A DNA stretch of 64,000 nucleotides from Tubiluchus corallicola (Eukaryota > Animalia > Priapulida), in NCBI GenBank assembly GCA_030141605.1, contig JAQGDQ010000079.1, positions 620,001-684,000 on the forward strand, given 5' to 3'. This document shows, piece by piece, positions 37,601 through 51,400 of the stretch. How positions within the stretch are numbered: position 1 is the first letter of the stretch; each line of letters starts with the position of its first letter. The notes beneath the pieces are model-generated. The model was not told where the DNA came from. It saw only the letters and a program-made list of their open reading frames with translations, and searched no databases. A program made the position numbers and the translations under genes.

Positions 37601-40600
37601 AGCTTTGATGAGCTCCTCACTGGTAGGTGGATCGTCGAGCTCCTCCATGACTGGCAAGGGGGTCGTGTATTCCACAGCTCTTTCTGTGACAGTGGTTTGT
37701 CTTGAGAACAGCTTTTGGTAGTGTTCTGCCCATCTCTCCATTTGTTTGGCACGGTCAGTGATGATTTCTCCAGTGGTGGACTTCACAGGGGCAATCTTGG
37801 TGATACTGGGGCCAAAGGCCTTCTTCATTCCCTCATACATGCCGCGAATATTACCACGGTCAGCTGACGTTTGGATACTCAGGCATATAGACTGCCAGTA
37901 ATTGTTTGCGCACTGCCGGGCAATCCGCTGTACGTCGCTTCTGGCCTTCCTGAGAACTGCGAGTGTGCTTTCACTAACTATAAGACAGTTATTTCGCTAT
38001 GTATTTCTACTGGGAGTATAATAATCAAATGACAAACCTGGAACTGCAGGTGGCACTGTTCTAGACAATGCCACGACTGTTGCCATGCCAATCTCAGCTG
38101 GTGTAGCACGCGTTTGACACTGCATGCCGGGTGTGCACATATTGGGTTTCAGCAGTGTACCTTCCAGGTAAATGTTATGATCACTAAGTGCTTTGTATAC
38201 AGCAGCCAGCACCTGTAATTTCATGTGAATGCAAAGTAATGATCAAAATTTTTATAGATACTTTGTATGCCTTTTACATAGCAGCCAGCCCTTATAATTT
38301 CATATGAATATCAGATAAATTTTATGATTAGTACAATTCTTTGCTCACAGCTGCCAATGCATACAGTTTATCAGAATAATCGGGAAGACTTCCACATGGA
38401 AACAGTTCGACCTACGAGACTTTTTTATGAAAAGTCACTATCTACAGGTCAATCATGGTCAGCCTAATTTACATTTAATATGACGACACAAATTTCTAAT
38501 GCTAAAGCAGGGGTGAAACTTTCAGTTAAAAATTTATGTCTACAATTAAAATTACACTAGACATAACAGTGATTATTTCTTTGACATAAGTTTCAAACTA
38601 CCTTTTCAGTGACTTTCTGACTGGTTCTTAAGTCATGTGTCCCATCTGGTAAAATTTCAGGCTCAACGATTGGTACTAGTCCAGCCATCTGACAGATACT
38701 GGCATATCTGGTTCATAAAATCAAATTTTTGAACATTTAAAACAAGATAATTGATTTGAAAGTTAACCACCAATGTTAATAAACCTCTAACTGTTTAAAT
38801 GAGCATAGTCTCTACTTTTTTATTTTATTTTAATTATTTTCAGTTATTCAGTTACTGTTACAATGAAACCAGTAAAGTGTATATAAAGTAGGAAGTAGGA
38901 CCGAGACATTATCTGCAAACAGGATAAGAAATGCCTGGATTTGCTAAAAAGCACCAAATTCCTCAAGATTAATAATTGATGACTTTGCTGATTAGCTATT
39001 AATCACAATTCAAATGACTCGTGGATTTAGCTAAAAGTATCAGTAGCTTCACTTAATTGTTGTTATGAAATGATATTAAATTCTTCCCAAATACATTTTT
39101 TATAAAAATTAAAAATAAAAAATAATTCCTGCTAATAATCGAGAAACAGATTTTTCTCAGTGAATTATTTATGCCTAAATTAAGTGAATTTTTTGGAATA
39201 TGTAATGCAAAAGTAATATTAGTTTTAAGATTTAAAAAATTAAATACTAGAAACAAAGTACTTACTAAGTGTGTTCACTTGAATGCATTTGTGGAAAAAC
39301 TAGGTTTCGGGTATCAAGTAATAGGAAAATTTACACACAATTAAAATTATTCCATGCAAAAGGCTTAGTGCATCACTTACCAAAATTCTACAGTTGAATT
39401 ACATAACTTTTACAATTGTTATAAAAACTGTAACATTGCTATTTACGTTTTACAAAGTAACTTTAAGTTTTACATATGACCAACAGTTAGTGTTATTCAA
39501 AACTTTGATACTACTTTGTAAAATGCTTATTTCACTAAATATCTGCCCAAATCAGCAGCATCTGGTTTGACTTTACTGAGGCTGATAGTTGGTACTCAGA
39601 TCTTGTTCATAGGAGATATAATATATGATAAAGAAATTTTAAGTTCTTAAAAATTTACTCCATCAAGCTGCAGAAGGAATTTCAAGTTAAAAAATGGTAT
39701 AGAATGCTACTGCACAAGTGAATGTAAATTTCTCATGAAAAAACATGTATATTTACACTTTTTATGCTACAATTGTTATACCTGGCCAAGACGTTCGCAT
39801 TTTCCAAAACAGCTAGCTGTGATGGCATTCCATCACCAATTTTCAACACACACCGCCATTTTGCGAAATCGCACCCATCAGCCTTGTACTGTACACATCG
39901 CTCTTGTAAACCATCCAGACCTACAGAAAAATAGCAATTTTAAAGATAAATGGACTTCATAAAATAAGAATACAACAGAAAGTGACGTAAGAAAAATGAC
40001 TATAATAGCACATTGCAGCTAATTGGCTCTATCTCTTATTTCTGATTAAAAATATTTCTTGTCTACTCTACCTACCTTGTGTTGTGCATTCACCATTTGT
40101 CCCCATGAGAGGAACGACACCTTTGTCTACTTTGATGCCCCTCAGAATACCACGCTTTTTCAAAACATCAGCAAATAATTCACCTAGAATATAAACCAGT
40201 TATTGTTAATAATAGTGGCAAATGTAGAAAAAATTATCAAAATGAATTAGCTAGAGATATTAACCACCAGCAAACAGAACCAACGAAGCTAATAGGATTT
40301 AAGTCACAAGCTCATACATGCCTGCTAAATACATTTTAAATGACAAAAGAAAATTCTAACTAGTTTACTCGGCTTTAGTCCTATAGTAACAGAAGTGCTA
40401 TTTAATTTAAAAAAACAACACAATAGCCATAAAAACATTACTAGGCCAGAATAAAGGCCACCATGCTTTTTACTCAGTTTCATTTAACATTGGATAGAAA
40501 AAAAGATGAAGAATAGTCATTGCTCTATTCTAGATAAAATTACAATTTGTTGAATAAGTAGTGTTACATACAAATACAAACACAATTCCCAATTACATTC

Positions 40601-41617
40601 ACGGTTTGCTGAAGTAATACTAATGGCAATAAAAGTAAATTAAAATTTAAGAAGCACAAAAATCTAAGTAACCTAAGTACATTAAGTGGTATGATTATAG
40701 TGGATATACTGTCAAGTATAAATACCTTCGTTTGTCTTTTGATAAAGAGTTTCATGGAAAAGAATTACTCCGCTAATGCTGTCGTTGATGACATCTTCAG
40801 AGGTGAACAACAGCTGGCGATAGAGACGTCGATTCTCCTCAGTATTCTCAGCATTTATGTTGGCAAAACGTTTGCCAATCGTACCTAAAACATATATTTC
40901 TTAAATAAGAAGCATTTATCTAAGCATTGCGGATTAAAAGGCTATTACGTGAAAGATGCCAACCTAGTATTGTAATTTTACTAACTCTGAACATAGGAAC
41001 TGGAGCAAATAATCAACAAAAAATTATGCTTGTTACACAGTGAAGCACGCTACAAGCCAGAATTGAGCATTGAATTGGAGGACCTATTCAATTTAGATGA
41101 TTGTTGCAGGATAGTAACCCACATCAAGGATAATTTTCCATACTGAGACATTGGACCAGAGCAGAGCAGAGGTGTCTCAGCCATATTCAGATGTGTATAC
41201 AATTTCCATCAAAAAACTGGCAGTCATTTATCCATTCAGGACTAAGTACGCTTAGTACAGCATTAAGTAACATCGGTCATTATGCATACACAGTAACCAT
41301 TCGCTATTCATAAAGCCTCAAAGTCACAGTCACTTCACAGTAAAGGAGCCTTAGGAAGTAGATTTCTGCAATATTCACCAAGATTAATCTATTAAAACCA
41401 AAAATATCATGGATTTATTTTGTATACATGTGCAAAATGCTGAACAGCGCCATTTAATGAAAGGAATGCAAACATTACAGCAGAGCAGTACTTTTCTTTG
41501 ACAACAAGTTTTCTCACCTGTACTTTCATCGGCAGCCAGCAGACCTTTGCCTGGAGCTACAATAGCACAAGCAATTTTATGCAGTTCTGCCTTTTGATCA
41601 GGAGTCAAGAAAACCAT
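34658..41617 (-). CDS. ALDO: Fructose-bisphosphate aldolase class I, 8 coding exons, 359 aa
   Basis: Exons 41518-41617, 40726-40884, 40076-40183, 39782-39920, 38602-38707, 38038-38212, 35184-35383, 34658-34750 (1080 bp). Motifs [38 protein letters not shown] (Schiff-base Lys), [20 protein letters not shown] and C-terminal Tyr (ANHQY*). Confidence 0.98.
35818..37971 (-). mobile_element. RTE-clade LINE, 5'-truncated (2154 bp), intact RT ORF, in aldolase coding intron 6
   Basis: ORF 35876-37840 is open all the way to the truncation point. Motifs [30 protein letters not shown] and C-terminal CxxC..H..C. (CAA)n 3' tail. 8-bp TSD CACTAACT at 35810-35817 and 37972-37979. Confidence 0.96.
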
Positions 41618-44600
41618 GTTTGCTGGTAACAATCACACTAAATATACAATACAAAAACATGACCATTAAACTATATACTGTATGTAACATATAGTCAGTG
41701 ATTCGTATTTTGGCAAATAACAAAAGCAAAGCGATAAAGGTTAAAGATAAAACACACAAGTTTTATTTATTTTAAATGCAATAAATTATGTTTTAAATTA
41801 ATAAGGGATGAAAAAATGCTACTTTTATGTTTTGCTTACAAATAACTGAAATAACAAACTATACAGAATCGTTAAGACACTGCCATATAGAACTCATTTT
41901 TAAAAAGTAAAACTAACAGACGCCTATTGACTTAAAAATAGTTTCTTATGCCCAGGCTACTATTGCAGAGAACTAAACTTAAATTTGAAGCAGCCAACAA
42001 TTATTTTTAGTTCCATCTCCCAAACTTTAAACCGAATCAACAAGCTAGGGTTGCTGGGGAGCGTTTGCGGAAGCTGTCCAGAAGCCATGAATGCTGTACC
42101 ACAGAATAAACACAATATTGATCAGGCTTCAGCTGCAAGCTAACCAAGAACCATTTCACTAACAACAGATGTGGTGCTGCATGTAGTCAAGGTCAAATAA
42201 AACAGAAGCCATGATATTATGTAGCAGTTGGTGAAAACTGAAAAGTATTGAAACTTGAAAGTAAACCAGATCACCCTCCCCTTATCCAAATGTTTACTGC
42301 TGAGGTTGACTTAATTAGAAGTTGAACATGAACAGAGAGCAAGAAAATTACATAATATTTTTAAAATTAGGTTTCTTAACTTGGCCATTGTAAATTTTAT
42401 CCCTCTTCAGGTTGGCACAAGCACGTCGTATGTGTACTGGTGCTAGTAATGACAACTATTCATTTCAAGTTTAGAAAGTTTCATAATTTTACTTTCTCTT
42501 CAGTTGTATTAATATTACTACAGCTACTAGATGACTCTTTAGTTGGGTCGTTGTCATTTCTCCCTCTACAGTCAATATTACCTACATGACAATTATTTAC
42601 CTGCTCGTCTAAGTACTACTATTTATACAAAAGTTTGAACGTAACTGAATGTATAGTTATTTATGCAAGTCTTTGAGCATAATGATTGGTAATTACTGTA
42701 CATCTGTATTATTAAAGAGAAAAATAATTTTCAATTCAATAGCAACATTCAGAAAAAAATGCTATTACTATGTAGTTTATTCGGTTGTTGTCAGAAATGG
42801 CATTCCAATCTTAATTAATAGTTTAATCTTTGCTATAGATTAACCATACCATAAACGTGAATACAATTATATGCTATAGTAAAATAATTTAAAGACATGT
42901 TAAAACTATCTTGTTCACCGATTTAATATAATGGGCTTAGTGTTACAGGCCATTAAATCACTTTCTACGTAAATAATCACTGTAAAGTGGTTCTTGAAAA
43001 CTCGCCAAAGTAGTTTTGATAGACCTAGAGTATAAAAACCAGTTCAGGAAGTTCTTCCCTGGAAAACAGTTAGCCACAGTTGTACAGTAGAATAGTAAAG
43101 GTATATACCTGTTTTTCCACTATATAAAAAAACAGTAGCATAAAATGCTAGGAAAAAAGTGACATGCTTACAGTTAAAAAAATGATGTATTTACATTGTA
43201 CTAATACGCAATGTGAAATGAATACTCTTTGCACAAAACCTCAACATTCACTTTCATACAGTCACTTGCAACAAGACGTGAATCTTAGTTGTAGATTAGG
43301 CATATTCCGAGTGTCATTTACCATTTGTAGCACCAGTCTAAAACTAAATAATGGGATACTAGTGATTGGGAAATACAATGCAGCAATATCATTAGTAAAG
43401 ATTAGGAAGCAGTAAGGGCCAATCAAGATTTCTGGGAGGGGATACTACTTATAAGAGGGCATCATACAATAGATAATGATTAGGGATGATATGTTGGAAA
43501 CAATGGGTAAGAAAAGTAACTAAACCTCCTAAAAGCCTACCTCATATATTAAGTCAGAGATGCTGGCTAGGGACGCAATCAAGTGTTTTTTCTTGAAGTC
43601 AAGATAAAATATATAATACCAAGCAAAGTAGGATAATCGAAGTAGCTAGTCCACTGATTTAGACATGACAACAGATTAGAAACAAGTGAACCGGAATTCA
43701 CATGCGTTCAGTTTGGATGTGAAAAACTAGAATCACTGTTCCAAAACACAGCTTTAAGGCAAAGGCATTTTGTTAACTACCGATGGATGACAAAGATGCA
43801 AAGATCATCACATGAGGGACATGCATTTGTCTGTTTAAAGATGGGGTTAACATTACAGCTAAGGTAACACCGAGAGAGCACTCCAGAATTGAGAAACTTA
43901 CGAAATAAAAGGAAACGAGGGACAGCAACAGATACATCCTAGCAGACTATTAACAGCTATGCTGGCACACTGCGAACCTGAACCGGTCTTTAGTAAATTA
44001 TTATTTAAAATACTGTGCAAGCCAGTGGCAATTATATCTCTATCAGTTGCAAGCACATAGCATATTAACCAATTTTTGCTGAAGGGGTGATCTAAGAAAC
44101 TTTACAGAAAATAAACTGTATTAAGTTTACAAAAAGGTTCATTATGCAAACCAGATGGTTTATTAACATTAAAAAGCTTTCAGGCCACTACAACAAATGT
44201 GACAACAAATGGAATGTTAAGTTTAACAACACACAAAAACCACAATAGATTATTATAATCCCTACAATGTAGCTGTTTCATTGATACAGCCTGCAATACA
44301 AGTAATTAAGAAATCTGGAAGATAAGGCAATGCGGTAGCAAAACACTAACTTTTGACGTTTTGTGACTCATAGCTCGTGTTCAGATCCTAAGACTGTAAT
44401 AACTGAACGTTTACTGCTATAACACTGCAGTTAGTTGAAATGTACACTTGGTTCATTTTTATTAGCGAATATAAATGATTAGAACCATTGAATTTAACAA
44501 TCGGGTACCCGACGGGTATAAGGAAAAAATTAATCCTACCCGTGCAAACACTATTATAATTATTCATTTTATTGTAGAATGAGTGATGAATATTACTACT

Positions 44601-44699
44601 ATTTTTTATTAGTGCAGATTGTAAAAATCACACATACATACCAGGTAACTAATATTAGTACTACCTAGATTTCTAAATTCGTCACAAAATGTAACTCAC

Positions 44700-44775
44700 C
44701 AGAGGACAAAACTAGTAAAACAACACAATCAGAGAGAAGAGAAATTCAGTAAATCACAAATCTCTTCCCAACTGA
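44700..44775 (-). other. Putative non-coding first exon of aldolase
   Basis: Inr-like TCAGTT at 44770-44775, an ATG-free pyrimidine-rich exon, and donor CTG|GTGAGT at 44699. It would splice to the acceptor at 41622, 5 nt upstream of the ATG. Confidence 0.65.
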
Positions 44776-44895
44776 AAACGCCAATCCTCTTGGAAGTTGC
44801 AGAACGGCTGGTGATCACGTGAGGAATAGGAATGGTGGGATTGCAAGGAAAACTGGGAACGTCAGCTTTATGGAAAGCAAAACGTGCCAATAAGA
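44776..44895 (-). promoter_or_regulatory. Proximal aldolase promoter with E-box
   Basis: ATCACGTGAG at 44814-44823, CCAAT at 44781 and 44887, and a TGACGT half-site at 44859-44864, all directly upstream of the Inr. Confidence 0.55.
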
Positions 44896-47723
44896 CATAG
44901 CGAACTACGCTAATTTTATGAACAGCGGTACTCTACTCTACGTTAAACTAACAAAAAAATTTATGCACCCAAATAAACAATAGAATTTAAATAAACGACT
45001 GTATGTTGAGAAATGAAAAAACTGTTCTGTTAACATAGCTTAGGTTCTCATAATGGGCATTTAACACAACTTTGGGAATTTTTTTTACAATTTAACTGTA
45101 CAAGAGAAACTCAGCATCCAACTTATGAAATATGCAGGTTTACCATTTGTAGGCTATTCTACATAATTTTAGCAATTAACTGTGCTACCTGGCAAAATAA
45201 GCTACTATAACATTAAACGTCACAACGTAACCAATTCTTAAAAAATTTAAAAATGAACATTAATGTAGTAGCAAAGATTTTATTAATAAATTAAATGTGC
45301 ACAACGAAGTCTAGATCTAATCATTTACAGTAACATTTTTTTGCTAGCACAAAAATTTCAACTTTAACAAGATATCTTGAGATCTGTGAAAAATTGAAGA
45401 ATTTTTTTTGGATGCAGCCAGAAATTAACTATAGTACAGTGAACATAAACACGAACATAGACAGCTAACTAGCACTGAACTGCAAGCAAAATAATGTATG
45501 AATATGTGACTGCAAACTATAATACATAGTGGCTTAAATTTTCATGTAAGCAGTAAGCACTAATTGTCTCAAGCCTAAGACCAGAATGTCAGTGAATTTA
45601 TCATGTGTAGCAACCAAGAAACATGTGCAAATCTAATGGAAGGCTTGTGAGGATATGGGAAGCTATTAAAAATCTTATTAAGACAATTAATAGACAATGT
45701 GAGGCAGTTGAAAGGAAAGAATTAATGCAATTATAAATCTATGAAAAGCTATATATTCAAAAGTGTGAAACTAATGGAAGTCAGATAAAACTAGGTGAAA
45801 TACTGAGAAAACATGAAGTCAAAAATTGGGAAGTGTTCGGAAATCAGGAAGTAAATGAAGATATACATAAACAAAGACTACTGGACGTTTTTGGAGTGTC
45901 CATCACAAGTTTTTTAAAACACTGGTACAAATTTACCCTTCTCTAACACTATAGAAATTACAGGCAATACAGTGAAAAACAAACTTTTGGCATGATTATT
46001 AAATAAAGTGACACAAAACAATGAAGAGACAAGTTGCAAACATAAATCCTGATAATGATTTCCGTAGCTGTTCATGATGTATGGCTTGTATGCCTTGTCT
46101 ACATTTATACATTGGTGCAAATACAGTAAAACAGCTAAAATTTTAAACTAAGTGTTTCACAAAAATTAATGTTTCTCTACACGTTCAACACCAGATAAAT
46201 TTCTAACAAAGGAGCAAGGTAATTTTGTAAGACTTCTATGTAAATCAAACAAACTGGACATCTTACAAAATTAATTATTTACAATTTCACATCGTTTTTA
46301 CAATAGTATTTTTACCAACAAACAATTTATTAACAAGTTTTTCAATTATTTTTCTATGATCACCCATGACACAATTTTACACAAAAATAGTTAACTAGAA
46401 AATCTCCTTTTTATGCTTAGCAATGTTGAGTTAACTTTCAAAAGCTGAATATACTACTACGTAACTATGAAACAGATAAAAATAATACAAGATTTGTTTT
46501 TCAAATGTATCAATAAGCTCACATTCTAGCTCAGAAATTTGTAACAAAAATCAAAATAGCTCACTTCAAAATTTGTTGCCTAACTGATATTTTAGTCTTT
46601 TTGCTGACAACAAAGCATGCTACATGATAATTACATTTGAATTTGCACTGTAAAGGTTCAAAGATCACTGATCACAAACAGCGCTACTTTAATATCAATT
46701 TATTCAAAAAGTTCATTAGTGATGGGCTGATCAGCATTTTTGGGTAACAAGCTAATGACGAGTCGATCAATTTTGCCATTTACAGATACCGATGAATCAC
46801 AAGTTGGGCAAAATACGAAAGTATTACTGTTACAAGAATTATTTTTAAACTGCGTTATCTTACCAATTATTTTGCACATCAGAAGCTATTACCCACAAGA
46901 CTTCAATAATGAAACATTTGTAATTACTTGTCTGATTTCCAGGACAAGCGATTAACACCCATAAAGTTACACAATTCATTTAAAAAAAGAAAAAAACTGA
47001 TATTGTTCCCTGCAAACCGTGAGCCAACACGATGAAAATTACCAAGACTGCATAACGCCATCAGAACCGACGGCTGTTGTAAACTCCCCCAGCAGGATCC
47101 GAGCAGCATCTTGCTACGTTTGTTATTTGGAGCCATAACAGAGTATTTTTAAGACACTACACTTTTTCACTTGCTCATTTTATTACATTTTTAGTTAACA
47201 AATATATTAAAAGTTTTGAGCCCACAGTTATTTTTCCTAAGCATTTATTCTTGTGAATTCAATAACACAATTTACGATTTTGAGCTTTCTTAATTAAGTA
47301 AACATGTGAGAAAAATGTGGGCTTACCCAGCCTAGTACAAAATTCAAACAAACTTCTCTTCATCCTCTCATAATCATCATAATGATAATTAACAAAAACT
47401 GACATGTGCAAAAAAAGGCGTGGTGAAATACTATTTGATTATTTAAACGTCTTACAACAACACGGGAAATCTTGATCACTAGACAGTTTTAATTCGTGCA
47501 TCCATTCCTGCTCAATTATTAACTTGTTATACACTATGTTAAACCAATCATGCATTTGCATTTACTTTTTTAACAATATTTGACCGTACGCTAATCAAAC
47601 ACAAATGTTCATTCACTGACTACTGATCGGCTCGGCCCATCACTAATTCATACTCGCATAACATACGAAACTAAAGAACGGAAATAAAAAAGTGAAGAAA
47701 AAGAAGACGGGAGAAAAGGCAGA

Positions 47724-48213
<490 letters not shown>

Positions 48214-48436
48214 CTAATTTTTGTTACTGCTTTCGCTATACATGCTGGTTGTCTGGCAGTGATCTGCAAACCCTTGATTCAAAATCCAAGGATGATTTCG
48301 GCTTGCATGTAAATATTCACTAAACCATTCAGACTTTTCCAAACTGACATATTAAATCACGATAAATATGAAAAAAACCAATTGAAAAAATAAGATTCCC
48401 TGAAACATGATTTGAAGGCCTCTTAACATTTTTTCA

Positions 48437-51400
48437 TCACCCTGAATTATTCTGAGTTGGCATTTGTTGATTTATCTGTGTGAGGATATTCAATGTAAGC
48501 TCTTGCAAGCTATGAGGCTTGCAGTGTTCTTCTAGCCAATTGATCACAGACCCTGATAACTCAGCAAAGCTACCAGCTGCCACATTGCTGTCAAACGACA
48601 TAAACTGGGCGTCCAATTATTGCCTGAAACTACAAAAATCAAATACATAAAATATTATGCAGAAATTGCACTTAACGTGTACCCAAAAAACAAGCTTAAA
48701 GCATTTCATGTAATCATATAGTTTTACTCAGTGATTATGTGATAAAGCAATAACAAAATCATGTGCTGACAATTTCACCGTGCTAACAACTATACCTCTT
48801 TTTCATATGATTACAACTTAATAAATAGTTAGGTTCCATTTTTCATTTTTAGGGACTCCTGACAGCTTAGAGCTCTTTTGAAGCAAACGTTAAAGAACTA
48901 ACTGCATGCTTCTGATTTATTGCAAAGTAACTTGCTACAGTAGGCGCCGCTTAATAGACTCATCTTGGGACCGACGCGTTTTGACCCAATTAAATGACTG
49001 AACCTATTAACCGATGGTTGTAGTATTACAGGTTTAGAAGCATGAGTCATCTGCTTACTATGCACTGCAAAGGTTTTTAATGAATTTTAGAAACGAAGTA
49101 ATGCCTAAATTCCTTTGTGCAGTTAAAAATTAGAATTAATTCATATAAGAGAATTAGCAATAAATTAAAAGGTATACTTTTCTAAATCACAGACTTTTTT
49201 AAGTCTGTTTATTTGTAAAAATTACAAAAATTTGTTCAAAGTTGGCTGCTTCATTTTCTTGCGTTGGCCCACAAAGTTCTCGTAATTATAAAAGTGTTGA
49301 AAATCTGTTGATGTGTGTGACTAAAACAGTTCTGAATCATTTGCTCACTCACATTGCTCTTATTTGTTGTACGATGTTTACTCTTGTAAGTCACAGAATA
49401 CCAGCTGATTATACGGTACCTTTATCTTTGACTGGTAACCCATTAAGCCTGAAAGCGCGATTTGAAATGAGAGCATTAAAAGGAAACCGCTAGGCAAGTG
49501 ATTAAATGTTTAGCTTCAAGAAATTCTTTCGGTAACAGTGAGCGAGCAACAGATTCAAAGCAAAACCGCTAGGCTAGCATATAAGCACATGATAAACATA
49601 CCTGCTTAAGAACAAAACAGTACTTAACATGATTATTTCTGCATACATAGTGCACAAAGGAGAAGTAAAGATGACATAAAAGTAGGAAAAGCTCTTTGGG
49701 TACATACAACTATCTTATTTTAAGTAAGTGAAGAAAAAATATTGAGTCAATTATGCAGGTTATTTGAGTCAATTACCGTTAGTTTTTATGTATATTTGCA
49801 AAGAAGCGTCCTGTTCTAGGCGTTTTTCAGTCAATTAAGCGAGTGAGTCTTTAACCATGGTGAGTCTATTAAGCGGCACCTACTGTATATAATAATATTG
49901 GTCCAAGCATTTTCTCCATAATTCACTTCTATAATTGGTGCAGCTTTTAAGTTTTTGAGAACATTTTCATTTTGTGTGTGCATCTTTGGTCACAATACAA
50001 TGCAAATCTTGTCAACAGTACAGAGTTTGTTTTCGATGAAATGAAAAGTACTGTCCAAAGCTGAACGTAAACAAGTTTCCATATAAACATGCCTACACAA
50101 TTTGAACTTATTATGTAGGCCTAGGTATATTAGGAGTTACTACACATTCTTATAAGTCATTGTGTTTTCAAACAGGTGTTTACACGGCAATATCACAAAT
50201 TCTCATGAGAAAAATACTGGGTGTTTTCAAAAACAAACTGTTAAACATTGTAGAAATATATTACATGGACTACTGAAAGACAAAAAATGAATGGGAATCA
50301 TGAGGCTGTTGCCAAAATTTGAAAGAATGCCAGTAAGCAAGATAATATTAACCTGGTGACCTTATCAATAAAAAAATCTTACAGAAGTGTTCAACAAACA
50401 TGATAGCAACAAAAGTGGGAACACATATACTGTAATAAGGTAATTATAATAAATTAGCAAACAATTCAATAGGAAAAGCTTAAATCAAGGCTACTACTGG
50501 CAAACAATCATGAAAGATTATTGATTTACTATTTCCTGAAAGGTTCATTAAATAAAAAAAAAATGAATGTACTGAATGAGTCACTGATACTCACTATTCC
50601 AAACTTTACTTCATCAGTCACAACATCTTTGCTGCTCACAACATTGTGCTTATGAGCTTTTACTATTTCTTCATAATTCCTGATAAAATGTAACACAAAA
50701 CACTCTATCTTTATTTTTAAGATTTGGCAGTATTTGCTTGCACAGCATGCTTAAACAGCATGCACAGATTAAGTTTTTTATTTGACTGCTTAAGTAAAAT
50801 TTTCTACGAACAATGTACAGACAACATTAGGGCACTAATGAAATTTGCTAAAAAGTTTAAACGACATATACAAATTATATCATTAAGAAATAGCTCTTTG
50901 TATCCAATTACTTTTTTGCATAATTTGCAAAATATAACTAATGCAGCTCTAGAATTTAGAAAAAAGAAACTTCTTGAACTTGTAATTTAAAAAAGAGTAA
51001 AAATAGTACAAAAAAGTACATTAACGTTACTCAGTAATACGCACGCTTGCATAATTTGTAAAGCAACAACTTCTTTTTGTAGCACATTTAAATCATCTTC
51101 TTGTTTCTTGTTTTCTTTCAGCAGGAACTGAATGTAGTCTATAGCTAAGAAAAAATGTAAATTAGTGTTAGACTAAATCACTACAAAAAACTATCAATTA
51201 ACAAACCACAAAATGGGGGAACGTTGTATGATGGAAATATTTTGTGTTTCTATCCTCTTAATCTTACTTCCTAAGTGCACAATTAATGCAATCCACAATA
51301 GTTTTGAGAGAAAATTGGTAAAGCAGTAATGCCCAAATAGCTTGATGTTTTTCTGGAAATTAATAAAAATACAGAACTATATTTAAAAGGAACTTGAAAA

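Noticed and set aside
36008-37752. Several antisense and alternative-frame ORFs within the RTE
   Set aside because: By-products of a GC-rich element with few stop codons.
37972-38037. Possible aldolase-RTE read-through fusion protein
   Set aside because: The aldolase exon frame stops at TAG 37997-37999, before the element begins.
41603-41617. Aldolase and MRPL20 both begin with MVFLT
   Set aside because: MVFLT is conserved in MRPL20, and (Y/F)LTPxQK is typical of aldolase. No extended DNA similarity, so treated as coincidence.
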